From Gammaproteobacteria bacterium (lineage in GTDB: Bacteria > Pseudomonadota > Gammaproteobacteria > Steroidobacterales > Rariloculaceae), in NCBI GenBank assembly GCA_050485685.1, contig JBJHBW010000015.1:7733-71732 (forward strand): a stretch of DNA of 64,000 bases. Reading direction: 5' to 3'. Shown in pieces: positions 10,299-20,042 of the stretch. A model generated the notes under the pieces. That model was not told the DNA's origin. It worked only from the letters and a program-made list of their open reading frames with translations, and ran no database searches. Each line of letters starts with the position of its first letter. The stretch's first letter is position 1. A program made the position numbers and the translations under genes.

Positions 10299-10513
10299 GC
10301 CTCCGTTGCCGGCCGCGGGCGCGAATCGGAGCCCGCAGAAAGGACCCACACGGGTACAGTGTCTCGCGATCCACCCGGCGATTCCGATAGGCCGGTCACA
10401 GATTCTCCGGCCCGTCTTCGCAAACGAACGTTGACGTGGCTGCCCGTGCGAGTTGAAATGCGACTAACGGGGCGCGCCCGATCAAAAAACCAACCAATAA
10501 TCAAGGGGGCATC

Positions 10514-11581
10514 ATGAGCGCAACAGATATCACCCGGTCTGCGCATTTCACCGAACTCACCCGAGCGGCGGACGCTTTCCGGAACGTGTCAGCGGTTTCT
10601 TCCCTGCTGATCGCGTGGTTTATCGCAGGCCTGCTGATGGTACTTGGCGTGGAGTCCGGCTCACCCGCGCTGATCGGCCTGATGGGACTGATTTCCATCG
10701 TCGTGGCACTGGCTGGACTCTCCGCTGCGGGCATACACCTGATGGTGCAGCTGAAGGGACTGGCGCCGCGTTCTCTGACCACAGGGTACATTCAGGGTCT
10801 GTTCGCTACCGGCAAGATCATTGTCGTCGCACTGGCAGTCATACTCGCCGGACTGATTTTCCTTATCCCGGTAGCACTGATACTTCTGATCTGCAAAATT
10901 CCCTTTATTGGCCCAATCCTATACACCTTCGTGGTACCACTGCTGACGGTGGTCGGGGCACTGTTCTATGCCGGACTGTTTGTCGCATGGCAGCTGCTTG
11001 GTCCGGCGATCTGGGAAGGCAACACCATTTTCGGCTCCATCGCGCGGCTTGCCGCCATTGCCCGGAAACGAGCGATTCAGGTCATCATCAACCTGATCAT
11101 CCTTGGCATCCTGATGTTCATTGCAACGCTGGTGCTGGTGTTTTTCTTTGCCGTCGGCTACCTGATCATGCGCGGTCTCTCCGCGGGAATCCTAGGTGAT
11201 CAGCTGCCGGGTGGTCTCATGGGCCAGGCGACCTCATTTCTGGGTGCCGGCCAGCCTACAGGCCACGAGACCGCACTTCGCATAGGCACTTCGGTCCTCG
11301 GCGCACTGACCACGGCGCTCCTGATGTGCCCGATGCTGATGGGGCTGAACATCATTTACCTGAATGCATCCGAGGGCATAGACGCTTCGGAAATCGAAGA
11401 CCGCCTCAACGCCGGACTTCAGCAGGCCAGGGCGAAGGCCGCCCAGCTGCAGGAAACCGCGCGACAGAAGCAGGATGCCGGATCAGGTCAGGGCGGTGGT
11501 GGCACTTCAGGCTCGTCAGGCGGCGCAACCGCGGCAGATCCGTCACCCGGCGGCGGCCAGAACCCGGACAATCGCAGCTGA
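10514..11581 (+). CDS. Hypothetical multi-pass membrane protein with Gly/Ser-rich tail
   Basis: 355 aa with about 6-7 hydrophobic segments, a short coiled coil and a GSGQGGGGTSGSSGG tail. AGGGGG RBS before the ATG. Confidence 0.75.
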   Translation: MSATDITRSAHFTELTRAADAFRNVSAVSSLLIAWFIAGLLMVLGVESGSPALIGLMGLISIVVALAGLSAAGIHLMVQLKGLAPRSLTTGYIQGLFATGKIIVVALAVILAGLIFLIPVALILLICKIPFIGPILYTFVVPLLTVVGALFYAGLFVAWQLLGPAIWEGNTIFGSIARLAAIARKRAIQVIINLIILGILMFIATLVLVFFFAVGYLIMRGLSAGILGDQLPGGLMGQATSFLGAGQPTGHETALRIGTSVLGALTTALLMCPMLMGLNIIYLNASEGIDASEIEDRLNAGLQQARAKAAQLQETARQKQDAGSGQGGGGTSGSSGGATAADPSPGGGQNPDNRS

Positions 11582-11620
11582 CCCTACCAGCGAGGCGCCG
11601 GTCGCGCCCGCGACCGGCCA

Positions 11621-11659
11621 GAAAGAAGGCGGGCGGTGCACAAGGCGGCACCGCCCGCC
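11621..11659 (-). terminator. Probable Rho-independent terminator for the GGDEF gene
   Basis: Perfect 12-bp stem GGCGGGCGGTGC/GCACCGCCCGCC followed on the minus strand by TTCTTTC. A second 9-bp inverted repeat lies at 11598-11617. Confidence 0.6.
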
Positions 11660-11706
11660 GGCTTACTCAGGCGATCGGAACCCGTAAAGGCGACGATCCG
11701 GAATCC

Positions 11707-13011
11707 TCAGGCAATGACCTGGTTTCGGCCGTTGTTCTTCGCCGCATAAAGGCGCAGGTCCGCAGCACTCAACAGCGACTGCCTGGAAGAGTCCGACCGC
11801 CTTTCCGCAAGACCGAAACTCACGGTAACCCGCCCGGGCAGACCCAAAGCGGTCCAGGTCTCCATCTCAATGGCTGATCGAAGTTCTTCGCAGATCACGC
11901 GCGCCTTGCGTATGTCGGTTTCCGGGAAGCAGATCAGGAATTCCTCGCCGCCATAACGCGCAACCATGTCGGAGCTGCGGCACCGTTCCCGAAAAATCGC
12001 CGCGACTCTGCGCAGCACTTCGTCACCGGCGGCATGCGAGTGCCGGTCGTTAATCTGCTTGAACCCGTCGAGATCGGCCAGCGCAATCGTAAGGTGCTGC
12101 CGATAACGACGTGCCCTGTCGAGCTGCTGATCCAGCCAGTTGTCTGCGTAGCGACGGTTATACAGGCCAGTTAGCTTGTCCTGTGTGGCCTGACGCTCCA
12201 GCTCCAGGGTCTTCTCGCGCAGGCTGCGGGTTCGTTCATCGACCAGCAGTTCCAGTTTGTAGCGCATGTTCGCGAACTGTCGCAAAGCGAACATGCCCAG
12301 GCTGAGAACCAGCAACAGGAGGACAAACACCTCTATGGGCATGACGTTGAACACAATCGCCACCAGCACGGCGGTCACGGCAGAGCCGAGCTCCAGGGCG
12401 ATCGAAAAAAGATTCAGGAACGGCGTGTCACCTGCCTTCCCCTTCCGTCGCATCCGCATCAACCCGGCGTAACCGATGTCGTTCAGCGCCTGCATCGTGA
12501 GGACCAGCGCCAGCAGCGCGATCACCATGTTTGCACTCAGTGTGGTCAGCGGAACTTCGCCGCCAAGGACGGTATACACAAGGCCGGACACCAGTACGAT
12601 CAGCGCCATCAGCCCACCGTTATTCAACGAGGCGATGGCAACGTCAGCTGCGGAACGGCCCTTCCACAATCGATGCAGCGGGTACAGCAATGAAGCTGTG
12701 CCGTTGACCAGAGCGGCCGCGACAGGACCCAGCACCAGAATGCTGGCCACCTGAGAGACGCGGTCGAAGGAATAATAGGCAGAGTTGGGATGACGGTAGC
12801 CCATGGAAATCGTGAACAGTCCATAGGCGAGAAAGAACAGCGCCACACCCGGCTGACTTATCGGGGAAAAGTCGTTGGCCTGCCACATCGCGAACGCAAG
12901 CAGTGCGCTGGCCGCAACGAACATCGCAACCGCATAACCCAGCTCTGCCGGCGTCCAGGCCTGACGTTTGGTTTCCCCGTCAGGAGACACAGCCGTGTCC
13001 TGATTCTCCAT
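11707..13011 (-). CDS. Membrane-anchored diguanylate cyclase (GGDEF)
   Basis: About 7-8 TM segments, then DKLTGLYNRR, DLDGFKQIND, I-site RSSD and the GGEEF motif. Confidence 0.92.
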   Translation of the reverse strand: MENQDTAVSPDGETKRQAWTPAELGYAVAMFVAASALLAFAMWQANDFSPISQPGVALFFLAYGLFTISMGYRHPNSAYYSFDRVSQVASILVLGPVAAALVNGTASLLYPLHRLWKGRSAADVAIASLNNGGLMALIVLVSGLVYTVLGGEVPLTTLSANMVIALLALVLTMQALNDIGYAGLMRMRRKGKAGDTPFLNLFSIALELGSAVTAVLVAIVFNVMPIEVFVLLLLVLSLGMFALRQFANMRYKLELLVDERTRSLREKTLELERQATQDKLTGLYNRRYADNWLDQQLDRARRYRQHLTIALADLDGFKQINDRHSHAAGDEVLRRVAAIFRERCRSSDMVARYGGEEFLICFPETDIRKARVICEELRSAIEMETWTALGLPGRVTVSFGLAERRSDSSRQSLLSAADLRLYAAKNNGRNQVIA

Positions 13012-13218
13012 GATGCGCAAGTATCACCCAGGCGGGCGACGACCGAAAGCACGGACCTCTCAGATCGTGCCCACAATCACACAGCTTACTGTTGCAATGC
13101 CACAGGCTGAGCCAGAACAGGACGAGAGTGCCTGGAACAGGCACCGGGCACGACAGATACGAGACTCCTCGGTTGTCAGCAGATACGCAGGCGATCTTCG
13201 AGCCGAGGCCGTCCGACG

Positions 13219-13485
13219 TTATGACGTGGCCGCCTCGAACCTCGGCGGCGACTCAAGGCATGGCCGCTCGGGGCTGTCCAGCGTGACCGTACGGTCCGCT
13301 GGCGGAGGAATAACCAGCGACTGTGACTGGTTCGGCGGCACCAGACCTTCCGGCACCACCAGTGGCGGAATACTGTCGCGGTTCGCGTAACGCTGGGCAT
13401 CGGCGCAACTGAGAGCACCACCACGGCTACAGGCGGAGAGCATCACGACCAGCCCTATCAGAACGGCAGCACGCAAATACTTCAT
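13219..13485 (-). CDS. Short lipoprotein, BamC/NlpB N-terminal-like
   Basis: Lipobox MLSAC; PPLVVPEGLVPP resembles the BamC N-terminal segment; overlaps the dapA stop, the canonical dapA-bamC position. Confidence 0.6.
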   Translation of the reverse strand: MKYLRAAVLIGLVVMLSACSRGGALSCADAQRYANRDSIPPLVVPEGLVPPNQSQSLVIPPPADRTVTLDSPERPCLESPPRFEAATS

Positions 13486-14375
13486 TCGTAAGTCCCTGTC
13501 GTTATGCCGGCTTGCGTCATGGCATCCTGCACCGTCTGGTGGCAATGCGAGGACAGCGGTGTCAGCGGCAAACGTATGCCGGGCCCGATACGGCCCATCC
13601 GCTGCATGGCCCATTTGACCGGAATCGGGTTGCTCTCGCAGAAAAGCGCATGGTGCAGTCCCTGCAGATCTGCATCGATGCGCTGCGCCTCTTCACGGCG
13701 CCCAAGCCTTGCGGCGTCGCATAGCGCCTTCATCGCAGCCGGAGCCACATTCGCAGTCACAGAAATCACACCGTGACCACCCAGCAGCATGAATTCACGG
13801 GAAGTCGCATCATCACCGCTCAGCAGCATGAATTGATCGCCACATAGCTCTCTGAGTGACGACACGCGATCGAGTTCCCCGGTAGCGTCCTTGAGTGCTG
13901 CCACGTTGTCGTGCGCGGCCAGTCGGGCCGTGGTTTCTACCGTCAGGTCGACGGCGGTACGTCCCGGCACGTTATACAGAATGACCGGATGCGAGACGGC
14001 ATCGGCGACGGCTGAAAAGTGGCGAAAGAGGCCTTCCTGAGTCGGCTTGTTGTAATAGGGGGTGACAACCAGGTATGCGGCTATCGGCAGGTGTTCCACA
14101 TCGCGCGACAGTGCCAGCGTCTGGGCCGTCGAGTTCGACCCGGTACCGGCAACGATGGCAATGCGCCCGTCGGCATGCTCACATGCACGCTCAACCAGCG
14201 CCACGTGTTCATCATGATCCAGCGTAGCCGATTCCCCCGTGGTACCGGCAATGACCAATGCATCGGTGCCTGCCGTGACGTGCCAGGCGATGAGCCGTTC
14301 CAGATCCCGGTCGTTAACGGCTCCGCCCTCGTCCATGGGCGTAACCAGCGCAACCATGCTGCCGGCGAGTTTCAT
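13482..14375 (-). CDS. dapA: 4-hydroxy-tetrahydrodipicolinate synthase
   Basis: GTTGES, PYYNKP, YNVPGRT, Schiff-base LKDATG, SNPIPVK. Confidence 0.97.
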   Translation of the reverse strand: MKLAGSMVALVTPMDEGGAVNDRDLERLIAWHVTAGTDALVIAGTTGESATLDHDEHVALVERACEHADGRIAIVAGTGSNSTAQTLALSRDVEHLPIAAYLVVTPYYNKPTQEGLFRHFSAVADAVSHPVILYNVPGRTAVDLTVETTARLAAHDNVAALKDATGELDRVSSLRELCGDQFMLLSGDDATSREFMLLGGHGVISVTANVAPAAMKALCDAARLGRREEAQRIDADLQGLHHALFCESNPIPVKWAMQRMGRIGPGIRLPLTPLSSHCHQTVQDAMTQAGITTGTYE

Positions 14376-14512
14376 TTCCTAACCTCTTGCGACACGCCGC
14401 GCATGGTACTGGCGCCCCCGGCAGCACGCAACCAAGGGACTACATCCGTTACAGCCGTCCCCTGACGGGTTAAACTTGCGGCCCACCCCGAATCCGGATC
14501 CAGTTACGCACG

Positions 14513-15046
14513 ATGGAACAGCTCATGATTGTGTCAGCGGTAGGCGGAGAGCCCACCGTGATTGTTCAGGAGCTGACCCGGGTGATCCTTGAATGCGGCG
14601 GAAATATCAAGGAAAGCCGCATGTCTTCATTCGGCTCCGAAGCCGCCCTGCTGCTGCTCGTCGCCGGCAACTGGCACACGATCAGCCGCCTGGAACGCGA
14701 TCTCAACCGGCTCGCCACCCATCACGGCCTGAGCCTGCAGCTCAAACGTACGGAACCCCGGCACTTTGCCAAGGATCTGCTGCCCTATGCGGTCGATGTG
14801 GTGGGGCTGGATCAGCCGGGCGTTGTACACAGCCTTGCAGGGTTCTTCAATGCCCGCAAAGTGGAGATCGGGGAGATTTCCACACGCAGTTATGCTGCCG
14901 CGCACACCGGTGCGTCGATGTTCTCCGTGCAGATGTTCGTCAATATTCCGGCCAGTGTGCATATCGCCACGTTGCGCGAGGAATTCATGGATTTCTGCGA
15001 CCAGCTCAACGTCGACGCCATCATGGAGCCTGTCAAGCACGGCTGA
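14513..15046 (+). CDS. gcvR: Glycine cleavage system repressor (tandem ACT domains)
   Basis: Two ACT domains (GGNIKESRM, DQPGVVHSLA); divergent from dapA and upstream of bcp. Confidence 0.85.
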   Translation: MEQLMIVSAVGGEPTVIVQELTRVILECGGNIKESRMSSFGSEAALLLLVAGNWHTISRLERDLNRLATHHGLSLQLKRTEPRHFAKDLLPYAVDVVGLDQPGVVHSLAGFFNARKVEIGEISTRSYAAAHTGASMFSVQMFVNIPASVHIATLREEFMDFCDQLNVDAIMEPVKHG

Positions 15047-15095
15047 ATATGGACAGAAACAGGTCGCGGCAACCAACGCGCCCGGGAGAGTACTG

Positions 15096-15563
15096 ATGAG
15101 CAAGATCGCAGTGGGCAAGAAAGTGCCGGCTTTCAATGCCGACGTCACCGGCGGCGGCAGGATCGCTTCGAAGGATCTGGCCGGCCGGGCCTATGTGCTG
15201 TATTTCTATCCCAAGGACAATACCCCCGGATGCACGACCGAAAGTCAGGATTTTCGGGACCGGCACGCGCAGTTTCTGGCGCGAGAGGTCGCGATTTTCG
15301 GCGTCTCGCGGGACAGCCTGGCCTCCCATGACCGGTTTCGTGAGAAGCAGCAGCTGCCTTTCCAGCTGATCTCCGATGCCGACGAGACGCTGTGCCGCCT
15401 GTTCGACGTCATCCGCGAGAAGAACATGTACGGACGCAAGGTCATGGGGATCGAGCGCAGCACGTTCCTGGTGGATGCGGACGGCCGGCTGGTCAGGGAG
15501 TGGCGAAAGGTCCGCGTCCCCGGGCATGTCGACGAGGTCCTGGACGCGGTACACTCGCTCTAG
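15096..15563 (+). CDS. bcp: Thioredoxin-dependent peroxiredoxin Bcp
   Basis: YFYPKDNTPGCTTE motif, ERSTFLVD. ATG 15096. Confidence 0.93.
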   Translation: MSKIAVGKKVPAFNADVTGGGRIASKDLAGRAYVLYFYPKDNTPGCTTESQDFRDRHAQFLAREVAIFGVSRDSLASHDRFREKQQLPFQLISDADETLCRLFDVIREKNMYGRKVMGIERSTFLVDADGRLVREWRKVRVPGHVDEVLDAVHSL

Positions 15564-15636
15564 CCGGGGGAACGGCGCAGCGGCGAAACTGTCCAATCCG
15601 GGCAAGTTCGCGAAAATCGGCTGGAGTCTGGGCACC

Positions 15637-17097
15637 GTGAAACAACTGATTCTGGGGTTCGCGCTGATGTGCGTCACGGTGACAGCCGTTGCGCAGTCGC
15701 GCCAGCTGCCCGATTTCGGCAGCCCGGCCGACGCTACCCTGAGTCGGAACCAGGAAGCCCAGATCGGCCGCAGTGTCGTCGCCCAGCTGCGCGCAGCAGG
15801 CCTGATCGCCGAGGATCCCAAGCTTACCGAATACGTGCAGTCACTGGGTTCACGCATCGCGGGGCATGCGGGCAACAGCGGTGACCAGTCATTCACGTTT
15901 TTCGTCATCAACGATGCCAGCATCAATGCATTTGCGCTGCCCGGGGGTTATATCGGTATCCACACCGGGTTGATCCTGGCAACTGAGAACGAAAGCGAAC
16001 TGGCAGGTGTGCTGGCCCACGAAATCGCACACGTCACCCAGCGCCATATCGCCCGCTCCATCCACGACAGCCAGCGCACCGGCATCATATCGATGGCGGC
16101 AATGGTCGCCGCACTGCTGCTTGGCGTTGCCACGGACATGCCAACAGACGCATTACAGGGCGTGGCCATGGCTTCGCAGGCTGCCGCCATGCAACGGCAG
16201 ATCAACTTCACGCGGGCCAACGAACACGAAGCCGACCGCGTTGGCACCGAACTCCTTGCTGCGGCAGGGTTTGATCCGTATGCCATGGCCTCGTTCTTCG
16301 AGAAGCTGGCCCGCCGCTATGGATCGTCAAACGATATTATTCCGGCATTGCTGCGTACTCACCCCGTCACAACGGACCGAATCGCTGAAGCCCGCAGCCG
16401 GGCGCGTCTGCTACCGCCCACCAGCCGCGAAGACAGCACCAATTACCAGCTCACCCGCGCGCGCCTCAAGGTCAGCAATGCCCGCACTCCGGCTGCTGCG
16501 CTGGCCGAGTTCGGATCCGGGACGCCGGACACCTTGGGCGCCCCGGACCTTTACGGCACAGCCCTGGCAATGATGCGTGCCTCTCGCCACGCCGAGGCGG
16601 CAAACATCCTGGGGCGACTGGTCGGTGAGAGTCCCGCAGTGATCTGGTACCGCATTGCCTATGCTGAAGCGCTGGCTGCGGACAGCCGCAGTGAAGAGGC
16701 GATGCAGGTCTATGAAGATGGCATGAGCCTGTTTCCACGCAACGTTCCACTCACGCTCAGCCACGCCGAAGCGCTGATCAATGCCGGGCAGCCGGGCGTG
16801 GCACACCGCATCCTTCTCGACCTGCTGAACAACGTTCGCGGCGGGCCGACTCCGGAACAGATACGCCTGATCGCACGCGCCGCGAATGCGCAGGGTGACA
16901 CGGCCAGCGCACACCACTACATGGCCGAATATTACGTATCGGTGGGACAACTGCCCCTTGCGGTCACACAGCTGCGCATGGCGCTTGAGGTCCCGGACCT
17001 GCACGCCGTGGACCGGGCGCGCTACGAAGCCCGGCTGGAAGAGGTCCGCGAATACATGCCTGAAAACGAGCGTCGCCGCTCCAGTTCCCGACCCTGA
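15637..17097 (+). CDS. bepA: M48 metalloprotease with TPR repeats (BepA/YfgC)
   Basis: Signal peptide, INAFALPGG, HEIAH, FTRANEHEADRVG, LRTHP, TPR-like C-terminus. GTG 15637. Confidence 0.9.
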   Translation: MKQLILGFALMCVTVTAVAQSRQLPDFGSPADATLSRNQEAQIGRSVVAQLRAAGLIAEDPKLTEYVQSLGSRIAGHAGNSGDQSFTFFVINDASINAFALPGGYIGIHTGLILATENESELAGVLAHEIAHVTQRHIARSIHDSQRTGIISMAAMVAALLLGVATDMPTDALQGVAMASQAAAMQRQINFTRANEHEADRVGTELLAAAGFDPYAMASFFEKLARRYGSSNDIIPALLRTHPVTTDRIAEARSRARLLPPTSREDSTNYQLTRARLKVSNARTPAAALAEFGSGTPDTLGAPDLYGTALAMMRASRHAEAANILGRLVGESPAVIWYRIAYAEALAADSRSEEAMQVYEDGMSLFPRNVPLTLSHAEALINAGQPGVAHRILLDLLNNVRGGPTPEQIRLIARAANAQGDTASAHHYMAEYYVSVGQLPLAVTQLRMALEVPDLHAVDRARYEARLEEVREYMPENERRRSSSRP

Positions 17098-17179
17098 CTC
17101 TGCCCTTCCGCCAGTGCGGACGGAATTACCCTGGTCGACATTGGGACCGGAAGCCGAAGGGCTCCGGGATTGAGCCCAG

Positions 17180-17214
17180 CGATTAAATAGTACTAAAATA
17201 GTCTACTTTAATCG
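17180..17214. promoter_or_regulatory. Putative Rrf2/IscR-type operator upstream of the suf operon
   Basis: AT-rich imperfect palindrome CGATTAAA-TAGTACTAAAATAGTCTAC-TTTAATCG; the core resembles the IscR type-1 GACT-N5-AGTC site. Confidence 0.6.
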
Positions 17215-17255
17215 GCTTCGATGACGCGCGACATCAGCATTCGGATCAACGGCAT

Positions 17256-17717
17256 ATGCTGCGACTAAGCAAACTGACAGACTACGGCACGATTGTGCTG
17301 GCACAGCTGGCGGCGCAACCAGGCACGCTGAGCACAGCGAGCGAAGTGGCCTCTGCCACCCGCCTCGGCCAGGCCACCGTGAGAAAGCTGCTGAAAGCCC
17401 TTGCGCGCGCCGGACTCGTTGTGTCCGAACGAGGCGCTCAGGGCGGTTATCTGCTCGCCCGCGATCCGGAAAAGATCAGCGCCGCGCAGATACTTGACGC
17501 CCTGGAAGGTCCGGTGGCGATCACGGAATGCAGCGCCGCAGGCGGGGAATGCGATCTCGAAGCGGTCTGCAGGGTCGGCGCGGCCTGGCGACGCATCAAT
17601 CACAGCATTCGGCGAGCCCTGAACGAAATTTCCCTCGCCGACCTGCAGCAGCAGCCTGATCTGACCGCAACGCTGGATCTGAAGCGCGATCTGCACCTCT
17701 CCCGGGCACCGCGCTGA
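17256..17717 (+). CDS. Rrf2-family SUF system regulator
   Basis: [22 protein letters not shown]; three Cys in C-x6-C-x5-C. Confidence 0.9.
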   Translation: MLRLSKLTDYGTIVLAQLAAQPGTLSTASEVASATRLGQATVRKLLKALARAGLVVSERGAQGGYLLARDPEKISAAQILDALEGPVAITECSAAGGECDLEAVCRVGAAWRRINHSIRRALNEISLADLQQQPDLTATLDLKRDLHLSRAPR

Positions 17718-17781
17718 GACGAGCTGCATACGGCACATACTGCATATCAACCACGACCCATCTGACCCGAAGGCACCAGGC

Positions 17782-19230
17782 ATGGCTACCGACCCCAATC
17801 AGCTCGACGACCTGATAGCACGAAAGTATCGACATGGATTCGTCACCGACATCGAGCAGGACACGGTCCCGCCCGGTCTCAATGAAGACGTGATTCGAAT
17901 GATCTCTGCAAAAAAGAAGGAACCGGAGTTCCTGACGGAGTGGCGGCTGAATGCCTATCGGCACTGGCTGACCATGAAGGAGCCGGAGTGGGCCCACGTT
18001 CACTACACGCCCATCGACTATCAGGCGATCTCGTATTACGCAGCACCGAAGAACAGGGACGATGCTCCCAAGAGCCTGGACGAGGTGGACCCCAAGCTGC
18101 TTGAAACCTACGAGAAGCTGGGCATCCCGCTGCACGAAAGGGCCCGGCTTGCCGGTGTCGCTGTCGATGCGGTGTTTGACAGCGTCTCGGTTGCCACTAC
18201 GTTCAAGGAGAAGCTGGCGGAAGCCGGCGTGATCTTCTGTTCGTTCTCTGAAGCGGTGCAGAATCATCCGGAACTGGTACGCAAGTATCTTGGTTCGGTC
18301 GTCCCCTACCGCGACAACTTTTTCGCCACACTGAACTCGGCTGTGTTCACGGACGGCTCTTTCGTCTACATACCGAAAGGCGTGCGCTGCCCGATGGAGC
18401 TTTCCACTTACTTCAGAATAAATGCCGCCAATACCGGACAGTTCGAGCGCACTCTCATCATTGCCGACGAAGGCAGCCATGTGAGTTACCTTGAGGGCTG
18501 CACGGCACCCATGCGCGATGAAAACCAGCTGCACGCTGCCGTCGTGGAGCTGGTCGCGCTGGAAGGCGCGGAAATCAAGTACTCCACCGTACAGAACTGG
18601 TATCCGGGCGACGAGAACGGCCGTGGCGGCATCTACAACTTCGTCACCAAACGCGGCGAGTGTCGCGGCGCCAACTCAAAGATTTCGTGGACTCAGGTCG
18701 AAACCGGATCGGCGATCACGTGGAAGTACCCCAGCTGCGTACTGCGCGGCGAGAACTCGGTCGGAGAATTTTATTCCGTGGCACTTGCAAACAACTATCA
18801 GCAGGCCGATACCGGCACAAAGATGATCCATATCGGACCGAACACCCGCAGCACCATCGTTTCCAAGGGCATCTCAGCCGGCCACGGGCAGAACGCGTAT
18901 CGCGGCCTGGTCCGCATCATGCCGACCGCACGCAACGCACGGAACTACACGCAATGCGACTCACTGCTGCTGGGTGATCGCTGCGGTGCTCACACATTTC
19001 CATATATTGAATCCAGACAGGCCAGCGCCCGCGTCGAACATGAGGCGACGACCTCGAAGATCAGCGAGGACCAGCTTTTTTACTGTCGCCAGCGCGGCCT
19101 GTCGGAAGAAGATGCCGTGAACATGATCGTGAACGGCTTCTGCCGGGAAGTCTTCAAGGAACTGCCGATGGAGTTTGCGGTTGAGGCACAGAATCTGCTG
19201 AACGTCAGCCTCGAGGGTGCGGTCGGCTGA
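17782..19230 (+). CDS. sufB: Fe-S cluster assembly protein SufB
   Basis: [41 protein letters not shown]. Confidence 0.98.
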   Translation: MATDPNQLDDLIARKYRHGFVTDIEQDTVPPGLNEDVIRMISAKKKEPEFLTEWRLNAYRHWLTMKEPEWAHVHYTPIDYQAISYYAAPKNRDDAPKSLDEVDPKLLETYEKLGIPLHERARLAGVAVDAVFDSVSVATTFKEKLAEAGVIFCSFSEAVQNHPELVRKYLGSVVPYRDNFFATLNSAVFTDGSFVYIPKGVRCPMELSTYFRINAANTGQFERTLIIADEGSHVSYLEGCTAPMRDENQLHAAVVELVALEGAEIKYSTVQNWYPGDENGRGGIYNFVTKRGECRGANSKISWTQVETGSAITWKYPSCVLRGENSVGEFYSVALANNYQQADTGTKMIHIGPNTRSTIVSKGISAGHGQNAYRGLVRIMPTARNARNYTQCDSLLLGDRCGAHTFPYIESRQASARVEHEATTSKISEDQLFYCRQRGLSEEDAVNMIVNGFCREVFKELPMEFAVEAQNLLNVSLEGAVG

Positions 19231-19286
19231 CCGGATGAAACCAGACTGAAACACACGGGCGAAATCACAGGGAAGGGTTGCAAGGA

Positions 19287-20042
19287 ATGCTGGAAATAAG
19301 TGACCTGAAGGTCAGGGTCGCCGAGCGCGACATACTCAAGGGGCTCAGCCTCAACGTCAATCCGGGCGAAGTGCACGCAATCATGGGCCCGAACGGATCC
19401 GGGAAGAGCACCCTCGCGCAGGTACTGGCCGGCCGTGACGGCTACGAAGTCACAGGTGGCCAGGCCAACTATCTCAACGAGGATCTGCTCGCGCTGGAAC
19501 CGGAGGAACGCGCGCGCAAGGGCCTGTTTCTGGCGTTTCAGTATCCGATCGAGATTCCCGGAGTCAACAACGCCTACCTGCTCAAGGCAGCGTTGAACGC
19601 ACAGCGACAGGCGCGCGGTGAGCCACAGGTGGATGCGTTCGAGTTCATGAAAATGATCCGGGACAAGATGGAGTTGATGCAGATTCCAAAAGACTTCCTG
19701 AATCGCAGCGTCAACGAGGGTTTCTCCGGTGGAGAAAAGAAGCGTAACGAGATTCTGCAGATGATGGTTCTGGAGCCACGTCTTGCGCTGCTGGATGAAA
19801 CCGATTCCGGTCTTGATGTCGACGCCCTGAAAATCGTCGCGGCCGGCGTCAACAGCATGCGCGGCCCTGAGCGTTCGATGATTCTGGTCACGCACTATGA
19901 GCGGCTTCTGGAACTGGTGGTCCCGGACTTCGTGCATGTACTTGCCGGCGGACGCATTGTCAGGTCGGGCGGTGCCGAACTCGCGCGGGAACTGGATAGC
20001 CGCGGTTATGACTGGATACTGGACGAGGTCGCGAACGGATGA
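19287..20042 (+). CDS. sufC: Fe-S assembly ATPase SufC
   Basis: GPNGSGKST, FSGGEKKRNE, LDETDSGLD. Confidence 0.97.
   Translation: MLEISDLKVRVAERDILKGLSLNVNPGEVHAIMGPNGSGKSTLAQVLAGRDGYEVTGGQANYLNEDLLALEPEERARKGLFLAFQYPIEIPGVNNAYLLKAALNAQRQARGEPQVDAFEFMKMIRDKMELMQIPKDFLNRSVNEGFSGGEKKRNEILQMMVLEPRLALLDETDSGLDVDALKIVAAGVNSMRGPERSMILVTHYERLLELVVPDFVHVLAGGRIVRSGGAELARELDSRGYDWILDEVANG

Noticed and set aside
10431-10459. TTGACG-17 bp-TGAAAT promoter for the membrane protein
   Set aside because: The -10 lacks the conserved A at position 2; too weak to call.
13021-13218. Possible c-di-GMP riboswitch or sRNA upstream of the GGDEF gene
   Set aside because: Only a small hairpin (GTGCCTG/CAGGCAC); the class I GCAAA/GAAA/GACGCAAAG signature was not found on either strand.
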